Origin: Candidatus Nitrosocosmicus sp. | GTDB lineage: Archaea; Thermoproteota; Nitrososphaeria; Nitrososphaerales; Nitrososphaeraceae | Direction of reading: 5' to 3' | DNA length: 37,719 bases | Assembly (NCBI GenBank): GCA_030452275.1 | Contig: JAKDMR010000001.1 | Coordinates: 1 to 37,719, forward strand | Shown: positions 11,005 through 20,339 of the stretch, one piece after another | How positions within the stretch are numbered: the stretch's first letter is position 1 | How the letters are laid out: every line of letters starts with the position of its first letter | Made by a program: the position numbers and the translations under genes | The notes under the pieces: generated by a model | The model's database searches: none | What the model was told of the DNA's origin: nothing | The model's input: the letters and a program-made list of their open reading frames with translations, nothing else

Positions 11005-11174
11005 TTATTTCTACATTTTCTGCGGAAATCTGATCAAAAAATACGTCGGTTTCTCCTTTTATTATTACTTGTATTTCCTAAGTATTTGTCTTAAAATAGA
11101 CTTAAATTGGGATAACTTTGAGAGAATTATTTATACTTGGATGAATTATTCTTTTATTATTGGGTGCATATGAA

Positions 11175-11645
11175 ATGAGTGAAAAAATTAAGTTATCTCC
11201 AGATGAGTTTCGATTATTATCGTTATTTCAGACAGTCACGACCGCTGATGCCCGCGACTGTATAATTGATGAAAAGATGGAACGTGTAATTTTTGTTGTA
11301 AATAGAGGACAAATGGGAATGGCAATTGGCAAAGGAGGGTCCAATATTAAGCAGCTACAGAACGTGATTAACAAGAAAATAGAATTGGTTGAACATTCTG
11401 AGAATCCAACTGATTTTGTCAAAAATATTTTCAATTCAAATATTATTCAAGAAATTCGTATAAACGATCGTCTGGATGGGACCAAAATAGCCCTAGTTGT
11501 TGCAGATGCAAAGAAAAAGGGACTAGTCGTGGGTAAAGATGGAAGGAATGTTGACAAAGCGCGACTACTCGCAAAGAGATATTTCAATATTACGAACGTG
11601 CTTGTAATTAGTCCGGAACAATTAATTAAAAGTGAAAAGATGTGA
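11175..11645 (+). CDS. nusA: Archaeal NusA (KH-domain) transcription factor
   Basis: IKLSPDEFR..DCIID..GMAIGKGGSNIK..VGKDGRNV. ATG 11175 is the likely start. Confidence 0.95.
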   Translation: MSEKIKLSPDEFRLLSLFQTVTTADARDCIIDEKMERVIFVVNRGQMGMAIGKGGSNIKQLQNVINKKIELVEHSENPTDFVKNIFNSNIIQEIRINDRLDGTKIALVVADAKKKGLVVGKDGRNVDKARLLAKRYFNITNVLVISPEQLIKSEKM

Positions 11646-11651
11646 TATTTA

Positions 11652-12089
11652 TTGAGTAAATCACCGTTAGGATTATTCTCGGGTAGAGTTTTGAAAACCA
11701 AACGAAAGCGTTCCCGATGGTCAAACAAGTATTATAAACGTAGAATGCTTATGTTAGATAAGAAAGCTAATCCGTTGGAGGGTGCTCCACAGGCCAGAGG
11801 TATTGTATTAGAAAAGGTCGGAATCGAATCAAAACAGCCTAATTCTGCAGTCCGCAAATGTGTAAGGGTACAATTAATAAAAAATGGAAAATCAATTACT
11901 GCATTTTTGCCACGCGACGGTGCGCTAAACTTTGTGGATGAACACGATGAAGTAGTATTGGAAGGGATAGGAGGCTCAATGGGTGGTGCAATGGGTGATA
12001 TCCCAGGGGTTAGATGGCAAGTATTCAAAGTGAATGGTGTATCCCTTAATCAATTGGTAAGAGGAAAGAAGGAGAAACCAAGGCGATAA
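11652..12089 (+). CDS. rps12: 30S ribosomal protein S12 (uS12)
   Basis: [23 protein letters not shown]; TTG start. Confidence 0.99.
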   Translation: MSKSPLGLFSGRVLKTKRKRSRWSNKYYKRRMLMLDKKANPLEGAPQARGIVLEKVGIESKQPNSAVRKCVRVQLIKNGKSITAFLPRDGALNFVDEHDEVVLEGIGGSMGGAMGDIPGVRWQVFKVNGVSLNQLVRGKKEKPRR

Positions 12090-12091
12090 AA

Positions 12092-12700
12092 ATGAGTGGA
12101 AAAGAACAAGTAAATATGCTCCTATTCAACAAATGGGATACGAGATCTATTGAGATTGTTGATGAAGGGCTGAAAAATGTAATCCATCTACATCCCTCAA
12201 TGACAATACCGGTAACCTTTGGACGTCATGAGCATCAGAGATTAAAAAAAGCAGAGGTCAATATAATTGAACGTCTGGTTAACAAGCTTATGCATTTTGG
12301 AAAAAGATATGCTAAGAATACGGGACGAATGGGTGGCAAAAAGACAAAGGTTATGAACGTCGTAAAAACTGCACTCGAAATCATATCAATAGAGACCGGT
12401 AAAAATCCTGTAGAATTACTAATAAGGGCAATAGAAAATGCAGCACCAAATGAGGATACAACCAGAATAGTTTATGGTGGTGTGGTTTATCATGTTTCGG
12501 TTGATGTTTCACCTTTAAGAAGGGTGGACCTAGCTTTGCGATTCATTGCAGAGGGGGTACGCGAGTCGACTTATTCTTCACCTCAAGCCATGGAAGAGGT
12601 CCTTGCCAGAGAAATAATGTTAGCCTCTGAGAACGACATGAACAGTTATGCAATAAAAAAGAAAAATGAGCAGGAAAGGATTGCAATGTCATCTAGATGA
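12092..12700 (+). CDS. rps7: 30S ribosomal protein S7 (uS7)
   Basis: AIENAAPNEDTTRI, VDVSPLRRVDLALR, KKNEQERIAMSSR. Confidence 0.99.
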   Translation: MSGKEQVNMLLFNKWDTRSIEIVDEGLKNVIHLHPSMTIPVTFGRHEHQRLKKAEVNIIERLVNKLMHFGKRYAKNTGRMGGKKTKVMNVVKTALEIISIETGKNPVELLIRAIENAAPNEDTTRIVYGGVVYHVSVDVSPLRRVDLALRFIAEGVRESTYSSPQAMEEVLAREIMLASENDMNSYAIKKKNEQERIAMSSR

Positions 12701-12741
12701 TTAAAAATTCTCGCTTTCTACCATTTATTTAGTGACATTCA

Positions 12742-13869
12742 ATGAGTGGCAAAGATGACTATATTTTTAATAAGCAGAATTTATTAACTACACAATCCGG
12801 CAGAAAAATTTTTAAGAGTGGTTTGATCAGGGACAAAAAATATGCTTCGTTCAAATTCTATCTTAATAAATCAAAAAAAGAGTATGATGGATTTGTACAA
12901 AGATATAAAGATGGAATTTGTGGGTTAATAAAATCCGATCCTTCCCCTATTCAGACGCATAGGGATTTCATAGAGGGTATTGGTGGAACTCATGAATTAG
13001 AGCTTGCTCCGCAAGAAATTGAAACACTAAAGTCAAAGATGGAAGATCCGGCTGATTTGTTTGACCGGATCGATAGGATACTGAATTCTAATTTTATAAA
13101 AATGACTTTTCCCGTATTTTATGCTCTTTTTGATGGTTACGCTCAAAGTACAGGATTAAATAGTGAAAAAATAAGAAATAATGTGATAGATGGACATTTG
13201 ATTGCCATAGATCTGAGCGAGCCCATGGATAGGATTTTGGATAAAGACGAAGACCTTGATTATCTTGAAGACTACAAATTCATTAATCCATACATACTTT
13301 TGTTGGCAAAACAAAAAATAAGTGAAACAGCACCTGGAGTACTCGAAGAATTTCAATCTGGTTTTAATGACGCCCTTTTAGGTCAACAAATCGATTACGA
13401 ATTGAAAACCAAAAAACTTGAACTTACTTACGATAATTTAGAACAAAGTTACAAGAAATACCGATCAGTTCTAGGAACAGCAGGTAGAAATATGAGTCTC
13501 AATCAACGACCATTGTCAGAAATCTATTATATAGGTATGGCAAAAGCTGCAGAGTGTGTGGGTTGTGGAAATGAAATCCAAGATGCAATTGTTACTAAGG
13601 GAATCAAGTCACCCTCGTGGCCTCTTTTTTATTCAAACCTTACTCACGATGTGAAATCAGGATTCAGGCTAACCTTAGAAAAGAGTAAATCATATTTATC
13701 TGAGGCATCCTTGGCTTTAGAAATGCTCGATAATGATATAATGATAAAACCCTTTCTCGAATTTTTATTCTTAACCGTTAGTCATTACAATGAATTCTGG
13801 TATAGAGAGCTTGTAACCAAAAGGGCAGACCTCCTACATAAGTTTCAGAACGAATTAGATAAAAAATAA
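12742..13869 (+). CDS. Hypothetical protein, possible divergent class I isoprenoid-synthase (trans-prenyltransferase) fold
   Basis: 375-aa helical ORF co-oriented with the operon. Motif series MDRILDKDED / GQQID / KKYRSV / GNEIQDAI / KSPSWPLFY resembles polyprenyl synthetases (see finding). The CDS is solid but the fold call is tentative. Confidence 0.55.
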   Translation: MSGKDDYIFNKQNLLTTQSGRKIFKSGLIRDKKYASFKFYLNKSKKEYDGFVQRYKDGICGLIKSDPSPIQTHRDFIEGIGGTHELELAPQEIETLKSKMEDPADLFDRIDRILNSNFIKMTFPVFYALFDGYAQSTGLNSEKIRNNVIDGHLIAIDLSEPMDRILDKDEDLDYLEDYKFINPYILLLAKQKISETAPGVLEEFQSGFNDALLGQQIDYELKTKKLELTYDNLEQSYKKYRSVLGTAGRNMSLNQRPLSEIYYIGMAKAAECVGCGNEIQDAIVTKGIKSPSWPLFYSNLTHDVKSGFRLTLEKSKSYLSEASLALEMLDNDIMIKPFLEFLFLTVSHYNEFWYRELVTKRADLLHKFQNELDKK

Positions 13870-13902
13870 TTTTTGTTTTAAGGAGATGAGTCATAAGAAA
13901 TT

Positions 13903-15144
13903 ATGTGGATAGAAAAATATCGAGTGAGCGAATTTGACGGTTTTTTTGGAAATGAAAAATCAAGGCACATAATAATAAACTGGCTAAAAAATTGGATTAA
14001 GGGAACAAAACCACTTCTAATCGTAGGTCCTCCAGGAACTGGAAAGACTTCGTTCGTTAATTCATTGGCAAAATTACTGGATCTTGATTTGATCGAACTA
14101 AATGCAAGTGATCTTCGGAATAAAATTAATTTGGAGACTATTATCAATCCGATCCTAATAAACAATAGTATTTTTGGAAAACAGATGCTGTTGTTTTTAG
14201 ATGAAGTAGATGGCATCTCCGGAAGGGATGATTATGGTGGAATGCCATTCTTGTCAAACATATTAAAGAATTCTGACGTTCCGATAATCATGGCCTCCAA
14301 TTCAAAGAGTTTTAAGATGAAAGACATTATAAAAAATTGTAAGCTTGTTGAATTTAGACCATTGTCGTCATTTGCAAGTTATATGTTGCTCCAAAATGTC
14401 ATGAGGATGGAAAGAAGGGATTTAGAAAGTTCGGATCAATTTAAAATTATTGATCAAAGTCGGGGCGATGCCCGGACTCTTTTGAATACTTTGCAAGCGA
14501 AGCTGGAAGGAGAGGTTAATTCAGATGGTAACACCGGCAGTGAATTATCAATTGAGGACTGTATCAACAAATTTTTTAGTCTAACTGACATTTCACTAGC
14601 AAAACAAATATTGATAACATCCTCAATTCGTTATTCAACTCCAAAATATGGTTTTACCTCAGAGGAACGTAGCAAAGATTTCTTAAATGCTTTGTATACT
14701 AGCATTGTTAGCAGCGAGAGAAATATACAATCAGATGATTTGGCAAATATACTTGACAAGCTTTCGGAGATTGACTTATTCATAAATAGGATTTATGAAA
14801 AACGAAACTGGAGATTACTAAGATATGCCAACGACTTGTTACTCCAGAAATTATTTAAGATTAGTAGAGATAAGGCTATAGAATATAACCAATATTCTGT
14901 TCCCTTTTCATCAATGGGCCCAATATTTATGAGGGGACAATCACTAAGACCTCTTAGAACGGAACTGTCAAAGATTTTTCATACAAGCGTATCCAAAATT
15001 GGACTTTTCTATTATTCCAACTTCATTGAGATTTTGAAAAATCTGGCGATTCAAGATATTGATTTTGATAGTCCTGATACATTAAAGTTAAATGAAGTCA
15101 TAAACAAGGAAATTTTTAAACAATCAAGCAAAACAAAACTTTAA
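13903..15144 (+). CDS. rfcL: Replication factor C large subunit
   Basis: MWIEKYR, Walker A GPPGTGKT, IELNASDLR, Walker B LDEVDG, GDAR, NWRLLRY. Confidence 0.93.
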   Translation: MWIEKYRVSEFDGFFGNEKSRHIIINWLKNWIKGTKPLLIVGPPGTGKTSFVNSLAKLLDLDLIELNASDLRNKINLETIINPILINNSIFGKQMLLFLDEVDGISGRDDYGGMPFLSNILKNSDVPIIMASNSKSFKMKDIIKNCKLVEFRPLSSFASYMLLQNVMRMERRDLESSDQFKIIDQSRGDARTLLNTLQAKLEGEVNSDGNTGSELSIEDCINKFFSLTDISLAKQILITSSIRYSTPKYGFTSEERSKDFLNALYTSIVSSERNIQSDDLANILDKLSEIDLFINRIYEKRNWRLLRYANDLLLQKLFKISRDKAIEYNQYSVPFSSMGPIFMRGQSLRPLRTELSKIFHTSVSKIGLFYYSNFIEILKNLAIQDIDFDSPDTLKLNEVINKEIFKQSSKTKL

Positions 15145-15182
15145 ACAATGGTTCTGATTCTCATACGTAAATAGATTCTATT

Positions 15183-15635
15183 ATGGACAACGACCCCTTA
15201 CTAGCCCGTGATTGGATAAAGATGAATATGAAATTTCCAGGTTTTTGTTTAATTTGCAAACAGAGGATCCACTCAGCAGAGATGGGTTATTGGTCGAGGA
15301 CAGCTAAATCAATCCTCCATTTAGATTGTTATAACCTTTCTGGTCTTGATACTAAAAAAAATCAAAATTCGCTAAACAACAAAACGGTTCAGAGCCAAAA
15401 AAATGCGGACAACCTGTTGGCTGACTTTATCACACAACGAGAAAATAAGGAAAAGTGTTTCATATGCCGTAGTCAAATTGATTTTCAAGATAGTCTGGTA
15501 TTGACACTATTAAAACTTGAAAAAAATATTAGTACTCTGGAAACAATTTTTTGTTCAACTTGTTTATCTCGCTCAGATCCTCACATATTTGAAGAATACA
15601 AACATGCCTTCTCAAAAAATCTAAAATCCGCTTAG
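15183..15635 (+). CDS. Hypothetical protein with two putative Zn-binding modules
   Basis: CLIC..HLDC in the N-terminal part and CFIC..CSTC in the C-terminal part, separated by an N/Q/K-rich linker. Confidence 0.75.
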   Translation: MDNDPLLARDWIKMNMKFPGFCLICKQRIHSAEMGYWSRTAKSILHLDCYNLSGLDTKKNQNSLNNKTVQSQKNADNLLADFITQRENKEKCFICRSQIDFQDSLVLTLLKLEKNISTLETIFCSTCLSRSDPHIFEEYKHAFSKNLKSA

Positions 15636-15702
15636 CATAATTTTACATAACTTTTTAAAAAGATTAAAATGTATAATCCTATACAATCTCATCTAGTGAT
15701 AT

Positions 15703-15933
15703 ATGTTGTCAAGTGAGTATGAGTATAACGTTAGTAAACTCTTGGCAGAAAAAGTAAAAAGATTACAAGACTTGCAAAATTCAGATAAATCTTCTAATTA
15801 TGAAAAAGATTTCTTAAGGATGGAAATCGAAACCCTTGAATCCTTATATGAAAATTACAATCTGGGGTTAAATTATTTTAGACGAGCTAAGGGAGGCAGG
15901 AATGGGTTGCGTGAACTTCGAGATAAGGACTAG
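15703..15933 (+). CDS. Small hypothetical protein (helical)
   Basis: 76-aa ORF filling the gap, same strand as its neighbours, ATG start, protein-like composition. Confidence 0.7.
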   Translation: MLSSEYEYNVSKLLAEKVKRLQDLQNSDKSSNYEKDFLRMEIETLESLYENYNLGLNYFRRAKGGRNGLRELRDKD

Positions 15934-16019
15934 TTAAGACGCATGGTTCCTAAAATGAATAAGCAATTATTCATAGCAAAATCTATATTTAATACTGTTA
16001 AGGATTAAAAACATAATAT

Positions 16020-17564
16020 ATGCGTGAGGAAAAACTAAAACAATATTACGACCGAAAACACAGTGCTGAAGCAGGTGGAGGTCCAGATAAAGTTGAAGCT
16101 CAGCATTCCAAGGGAAAGCTAACTGCGAGAGAGCGCATAAATCTTTTATTAGATCCAAATACATTTACTGAAATTGACAAATTTGTAACTCATCGAGGTG
16201 ATGATCCTGAAGTAAAAAAATATTATGGTGATGGTTTAATAACTGGTTTTGGAACCATTAGCGGTAGGCAAGTGTTCATCTACGTTTATGATTTTACTGT
16301 TTTGGGCGGTTCGCTAGGAGAAATGGCCGGAAAAAAAGTATCCAAAGTTATGACACTCGCACTAAAGGTAGGATGTCCTATTATTGGTATTCTTGATTCA
16401 GGCGGGGCTAGGATCCAGGAAGGTGTATCAAGCCTAGACGGTTATGGTGATATTTTTCTAAAGAATGCTCTTGCCTCAGGTGTTATACCACAAATCACTG
16501 CCAGTATTGGACCATGCGCTGGTGGGGCTGTATATTCCCCAGCGATGACGGATTTTGTCATAATGGTTGAAAATGTGGGCCAAATGTTTGTAACAGGACC
16601 AGAGGTAGTAAAAGAAGTCCTTAGTCAAGAAGTTACCTTCGAGGAATTGGGAGGTGCTAGAACTCATGCTACAAAATCGGGAGTTGCAAACTTCGTAGCG
16701 AAGGACGAGGTTGATTGTATGGATAAGATTAAAACATTGCTCTCTTACCTTCCTCAAAATAATAAAGAAGAACCTGAAATTTTAGCAGATGACGCTGACG
16801 ACCCTAACCGTTTGGATCCTAATTTGATAAAGGTATTGCCTGACAATCCATATCAATCTTATGATATGAAGGAAATCATTACTTCTATTGTTGATAACGG
16901 GGTTTTCTTCGAGGTTCATGAACTCTTTGCGGAAAACATAGTGGTTGGATTTGCGAGGATGGGAGGTAGATCTGTGGGTATTATTGCAAATCAGCCTTTA
17001 TTTTTAGCTGGTGCATTAGACATCCATTCTTCTAATAAGGCTGCAAGATTTGTTAGATTTTGTGACTCGTTTAATATTTCCATAATCACCCTTGTAGATA
17101 CCCCTGGATATTTACCAGGAGCTGACCAAGAGCACAATGGTATTATCAGACATGGGAGCAAACTTCTATTTGCCTATTGTGAGGCAACCGTTCCAAAAAT
17201 TACCTGTATTATCGGCAAAGCATATGGGGGGGCTTATATTGCGATGGGAAGCAAAAATCTTGGGACTGATTTGAACATCGCATGGCCAACAGCTGAAATC
17301 GCAGTATTAGGGCCAGAAGCAGCTATTACTATTATGCATAGGAAAAGTCTAAAAGATTCTACCGATGCAGCAAGCAAAAAGAAAAGTTTGGCAAAAGAGT
17401 ATCGAAACAAGTTTGCAAACCCATACATAGCTGCGGAAAGGGGAACGATTGACTCTGTAGTTGATCCAATGGAAACCAGACCTTTAATAATAAGCGCCCT
17501 CAATGCCCTTTCTAACAAAAAAGAGAACAGACCATGGAAAAAGCATGGAAATATTAATTTATAG
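16020..17564 (+). CDS. pccB: Acetyl-/propionyl-CoA carboxylase, carboxyltransferase subunit (3HP/4HB cycle)
   Basis: GKLTARERI, DFTVLGGSLG, DSGGARIQEG, GPCAGGAVYSPAMTD, KAYGGAYIAM, KKHGNINL. Confidence 0.96.
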   Translation: MREEKLKQYYDRKHSAEAGGGPDKVEAQHSKGKLTARERINLLLDPNTFTEIDKFVTHRGDDPEVKKYYGDGLITGFGTISGRQVFIYVYDFTVLGGSLGEMAGKKVSKVMTLALKVGCPIIGILDSGGARIQEGVSSLDGYGDIFLKNALASGVIPQITASIGPCAGGAVYSPAMTDFVIMVENVGQMFVTGPEVVKEVLSQEVTFEELGGARTHATKSGVANFVAKDEVDCMDKIKTLLSYLPQNNKEEPEILADDADDPNRLDPNLIKVLPDNPYQSYDMKEIITSIVDNGVFFEVHELFAENIVVGFARMGGRSVGIIANQPLFLAGALDIHSSNKAARFVRFCDSFNISIITLVDTPGYLPGADQEHNGIIRHGSKLLFAYCEATVPKITCIIGKAYGGAYIAMGSKNLGTDLNIAWPTAEIAVLGPEAAITIMHRKSLKDSTDAASKKKSLAKEYRNKFANPYIAAERGTIDSVVDPMETRPLIISALNALSNKKENRPWKKHGNINL

Positions 17565-17576
17565 TTAGGTGATTGG

Positions 17577-19085
17577 ATGTCTAATCAAATAACTAGTATA
17601 TTAATTGCAAACCGAGGAGAGATCGCTTTAAGAATCATTAGAGCCTGCAAGGAACTAGAAATAAAGTCGGTATCTGTATATTCGGATGAAGATAAGAGTT
17701 CTATCCACGTCAAACGAGCTGATGAGGCATATCATATCGGACCCGCAGCTCCTGCTCAAAGCTATTTGAACATGAATCGAATCATGGAAGTTGCTATAAA
17801 AGCAGGGGTGGATGCAATACATCCAGGTTACGGCTTTCTTTCAGAAAATGAAACTTTTGCTGAATTATGTGAGAAGAATAACATTATTTTCATCGGTCCT
17901 AAAAGTCTAGCTATGGAGCTGACTGGAGATAAAATGAAGTGTAAGCGCATTATGAAACAGGCTGAAGTTCCCACAGTTCCCGGCAGTGAAGGAGTTATTG
18001 ATGACGTTGATAAAGCAGTCGAAATTGCTAACGAAGCAGGATACCCAGTTTTACTAAAATCAGCATATGGTGGAGGGGGACGCGGTATCAGACTTGCAAA
18101 AGACGAGAAGGAATTGAGGCAGGAATTTGAGATGGCCTCTGCAGAGTCAAAAGCTGCATTCGGAAAGGCTGCTCTTTTTGTGGAAAAATTCTTAGAAAAA
18201 ATCCGACACATTGAATTTCAATTGGTTAGGGATTCGCACGGCAACACCAGACATTTGTTTGAGCGAGAATGTTCAATTCAAAGAAGGCATCAAAAATTAA
18301 TTGAAATGTCTCCCTCACCAATAATGACCTCTGAAAAGAGAAATGAAATTGGGGAGGTAGCAAAAAGAGCCGCTGATGCAGTTGACTATCTAAATGCAGG
18401 AACAGCTGAATTTCTGTGCGATCCACAAGGTAATTATTATTTTATCGAGATTAATTCTAGATTGCAGGTTGAACATCCTGTTACCGAACTTGTTACGGGC
18501 CTGGATTTGGTAAAATTGCAAATATCAATTGCAAATGGAGAACCAATTCCCTTCAAGCAACACGATCTTACATTTAACGGTGCCGCAATAGAATGTCGTA
18601 TTAACGCAGAAGATCCATTCTATGACTTTGCTCCTTCAGTAGGTAAAGTACCTTATTGCAATCTACCATACGGCCCAGGCATACGTGTAGATACTTACCT
18701 CTATCCTGGATGCACCGTCTCAGGCTTTTATGATTCTTTGACCGCTAAGCTAATATCTTGGGGATCATCATTTGATGAATCACGTCGAAGAATGAGAAAC
18801 GCTCTAGATGAGTTCGTAATTGAGGGAATAAATACTACTATACCATTGTACAAAACCATAATGAATGATGAATACTTTATTAATGGTGATTTGTCAACTG
18901 ATTACCTTGATAGGTATTCTATCATAGAAAAGATGAGAAAAGAATTAAGGATCAAGAATTCTGATAGACAAAAAAGACTTTTACCGGCTGTGGCATCTGC
19001 AATCATTCAAACTGAAAAAGTCAAACAGCCTTCAAAGAGGGATCATTCTGTTCAGAATGTCTGGAAATTTGGTGGAGTTGCTTGA
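17577..19085 (+). CDS. accC: Acetyl-/propionyl-CoA carboxylase, biotin carboxylase subunit
   Basis: ILIANRGEIA, HPGYGFLSEN, GGGGRG, RECSIQRRHQK, RLQVEHPVTE. Confidence 0.97.
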   Translation: MSNQITSILIANRGEIALRIIRACKELEIKSVSVYSDEDKSSIHVKRADEAYHIGPAAPAQSYLNMNRIMEVAIKAGVDAIHPGYGFLSENETFAELCEKNNIIFIGPKSLAMELTGDKMKCKRIMKQAEVPTVPGSEGVIDDVDKAVEIANEAGYPVLLKSAYGGGGRGIRLAKDEKELRQEFEMASAESKAAFGKAALFVEKFLEKIRHIEFQLVRDSHGNTRHLFERECSIQRRHQKLIEMSPSPIMTSEKRNEIGEVAKRAADAVDYLNAGTAEFLCDPQGNYYFIEINSRLQVEHPVTELVTGLDLVKLQISIANGEPIPFKQHDLTFNGAAIECRINAEDPFYDFAPSVGKVPYCNLPYGPGIRVDTYLYPGCTVSGFYDSLTAKLISWGSSFDESRRRMRNALDEFVIEGINTTIPLYKTIMNDEYFINGDLSTDYLDRYSIIEKMRKELRIKNSDRQKRLLPAVASAIIQTEKVKQPSKRDHSVQNVWKFGGVA

Positions 19086-19091
19086 AATAGA

Positions 19092-19604
19092 ATGGAAATA
19101 AAGGTTGATGATATACCGGAAGAATTTGAAGGTAAAATCATAGGGTTTGATAAAGACGGTAATTTAGTTGTCCAAATTAATGGATCAGATCACCTCATAA
19201 AAGTAATTGATATGAAATCAGACAAATTTGAATTCTTGTTTGATAATGCATTTCATGAAATAAAGATTCTTGAAGTCACAAGCACAGAATTAAAGATATT
19301 ATTAGATGGACAATCGATGCTGCTCAAAAAACACGCAAAATTAACTGAAATAATTGAAAAATCAAGAGCAAATTCAGGTAGTGCCACTTCCCAGAATACC
19401 ATATCAAGTCAGATACCTGGAAGAGTAATATCAATAGCCGTAAATAAAGGTGATACCGTCAAACAAGGGGATAACATCGTGGTTTTGGAATCTATGAAAA
19501 TGCAAGTTGCCATCAAATCTCCTAGAGATGGGACTGTAAGAGATCTCAAAGTTAAAGAAGGTCAGAGCATTTCAAGAAATGATGTTGTAGCAATTCTTGA
19601 TTAA
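19092..19604 (+). CDS. accB: Biotin carboxyl carrier protein
   Basis: C-terminal biotinyl domain with ESMKM; third gene of the carboxylase operon. Confidence 0.95.
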   Translation: MEIKVDDIPEEFEGKIIGFDKDGNLVVQINGSDHLIKVIDMKSDKFEFLFDNAFHEIKILEVTSTELKILLDGQSMLLKKHAKLTEIIEKSRANSGSATSQNTISSQIPGRVISIAVNKGDTVKQGDNIVVLESMKMQVAIKSPRDGTVRDLKVKEGQSISRNDVVAILD

Positions 19605-19677
19605 AGTAGCAATTATTATCCCGTAGTTAAATCAATTAATCATTCATTTAGGCAAATAAAAGAAAATTTGATGAATT

Positions 19678-19696
19678 AAATCCTTTAAAAGGATTT
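19678..19696. terminator. Inverted repeat between convergent accB and peroxiredoxin genes (possible terminator)
   Basis: aaatccttt-a-aaaggattt, perfect 9-bp arms. Confidence 0.35.
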
Positions 19697-19701
19697 GAAT
19701 T

Positions 19702-20220
19702 TTATGTGATTATGGTCCTGATTTCTTCATAATTGGGTTCGATTAGGGGGTTGTCTGTTACCCATCTATATACAATCTCATGACTATTGTTGTCTACAAT
19801 AAATATAGATCTTTTAGCTACTTTGAAATCTTTTAATTTACCTAAACTAGGCATTACAACATTGTATTGCTCAATCACTTCTCTATTATAATCGCTTAAG
19901 ACTGGAAAGTTTAGGTTATGGTGTTCAGCAAAAACTTTATTCGCAAAAGGACTATCAACCGATATTCCCAAGATATTTACGTTTTCTTTTTTTAAGCTAT
20001 TAAGGGTGTCTCTGAAATTGCACATTTCAACAGTACAAACTGGCGAACCAGCAGCTGGGAAGAATGCCAAAATTGTCAATCCTTCTTTACTGGCTGATAA
20101 TCTACGAACTTCCTGATTCGTGTCTAAAAGCTCAAAATCTGGCGCTTTATCGCCTATATTCACATTCATATTCTTGTTGGGTGTTTCGCTATTCGAATTA
20201 TTGTTCTGATTCGAAGACAT
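19702..20220 (-). CDS. Peroxiredoxin (AhpC/TSA family)
   Basis: GDKAPDFEL, FFPAAGSPVCTVEMC, GISVDS, FPVLSD, RSIFIVD. Start uncertain (20244, 20220 or 20170). Confidence 0.93.
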   Translation of the reverse strand: MSSNQNNNSNSETPNKNMNVNIGDKAPDFELLDTNQEVRRLSASKEGLTILAFFPAAGSPVCTVEMCNFRDTLNSLKKENVNILGISVDSPFANKVFAEHHNLNFPVLSDYNREVIEQYNVVMPSLGKLKDFKVAKRSIFIVDNNSHEIVYRWVTDNPLIEPNYEEIRTIIT

Positions 20221-20339
20221 ATTAAGATAATATGCGACTAGCATTAAAAAGAACCTTTCTATATCGCTTTCAGCAATTTTTTCAAGGTATGACTATTATA
20301 TAGAATACTATATAGTTGGTGTAATGGTGTATCTTTGTT

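Noticed and set aside
12700-12742. No EF-2/EF-1A after rps7, and the spc-like block starting at rpl18
   Set aside because: Operon splits of this kind are common in archaea and probably lineage-wide.
16020-19604. Carboxylase operon as a novel system
   Set aside because: Well-characterised 3HP/4HB acetyl-/propionyl-CoA carboxylase of ammonia-oxidising archaea.
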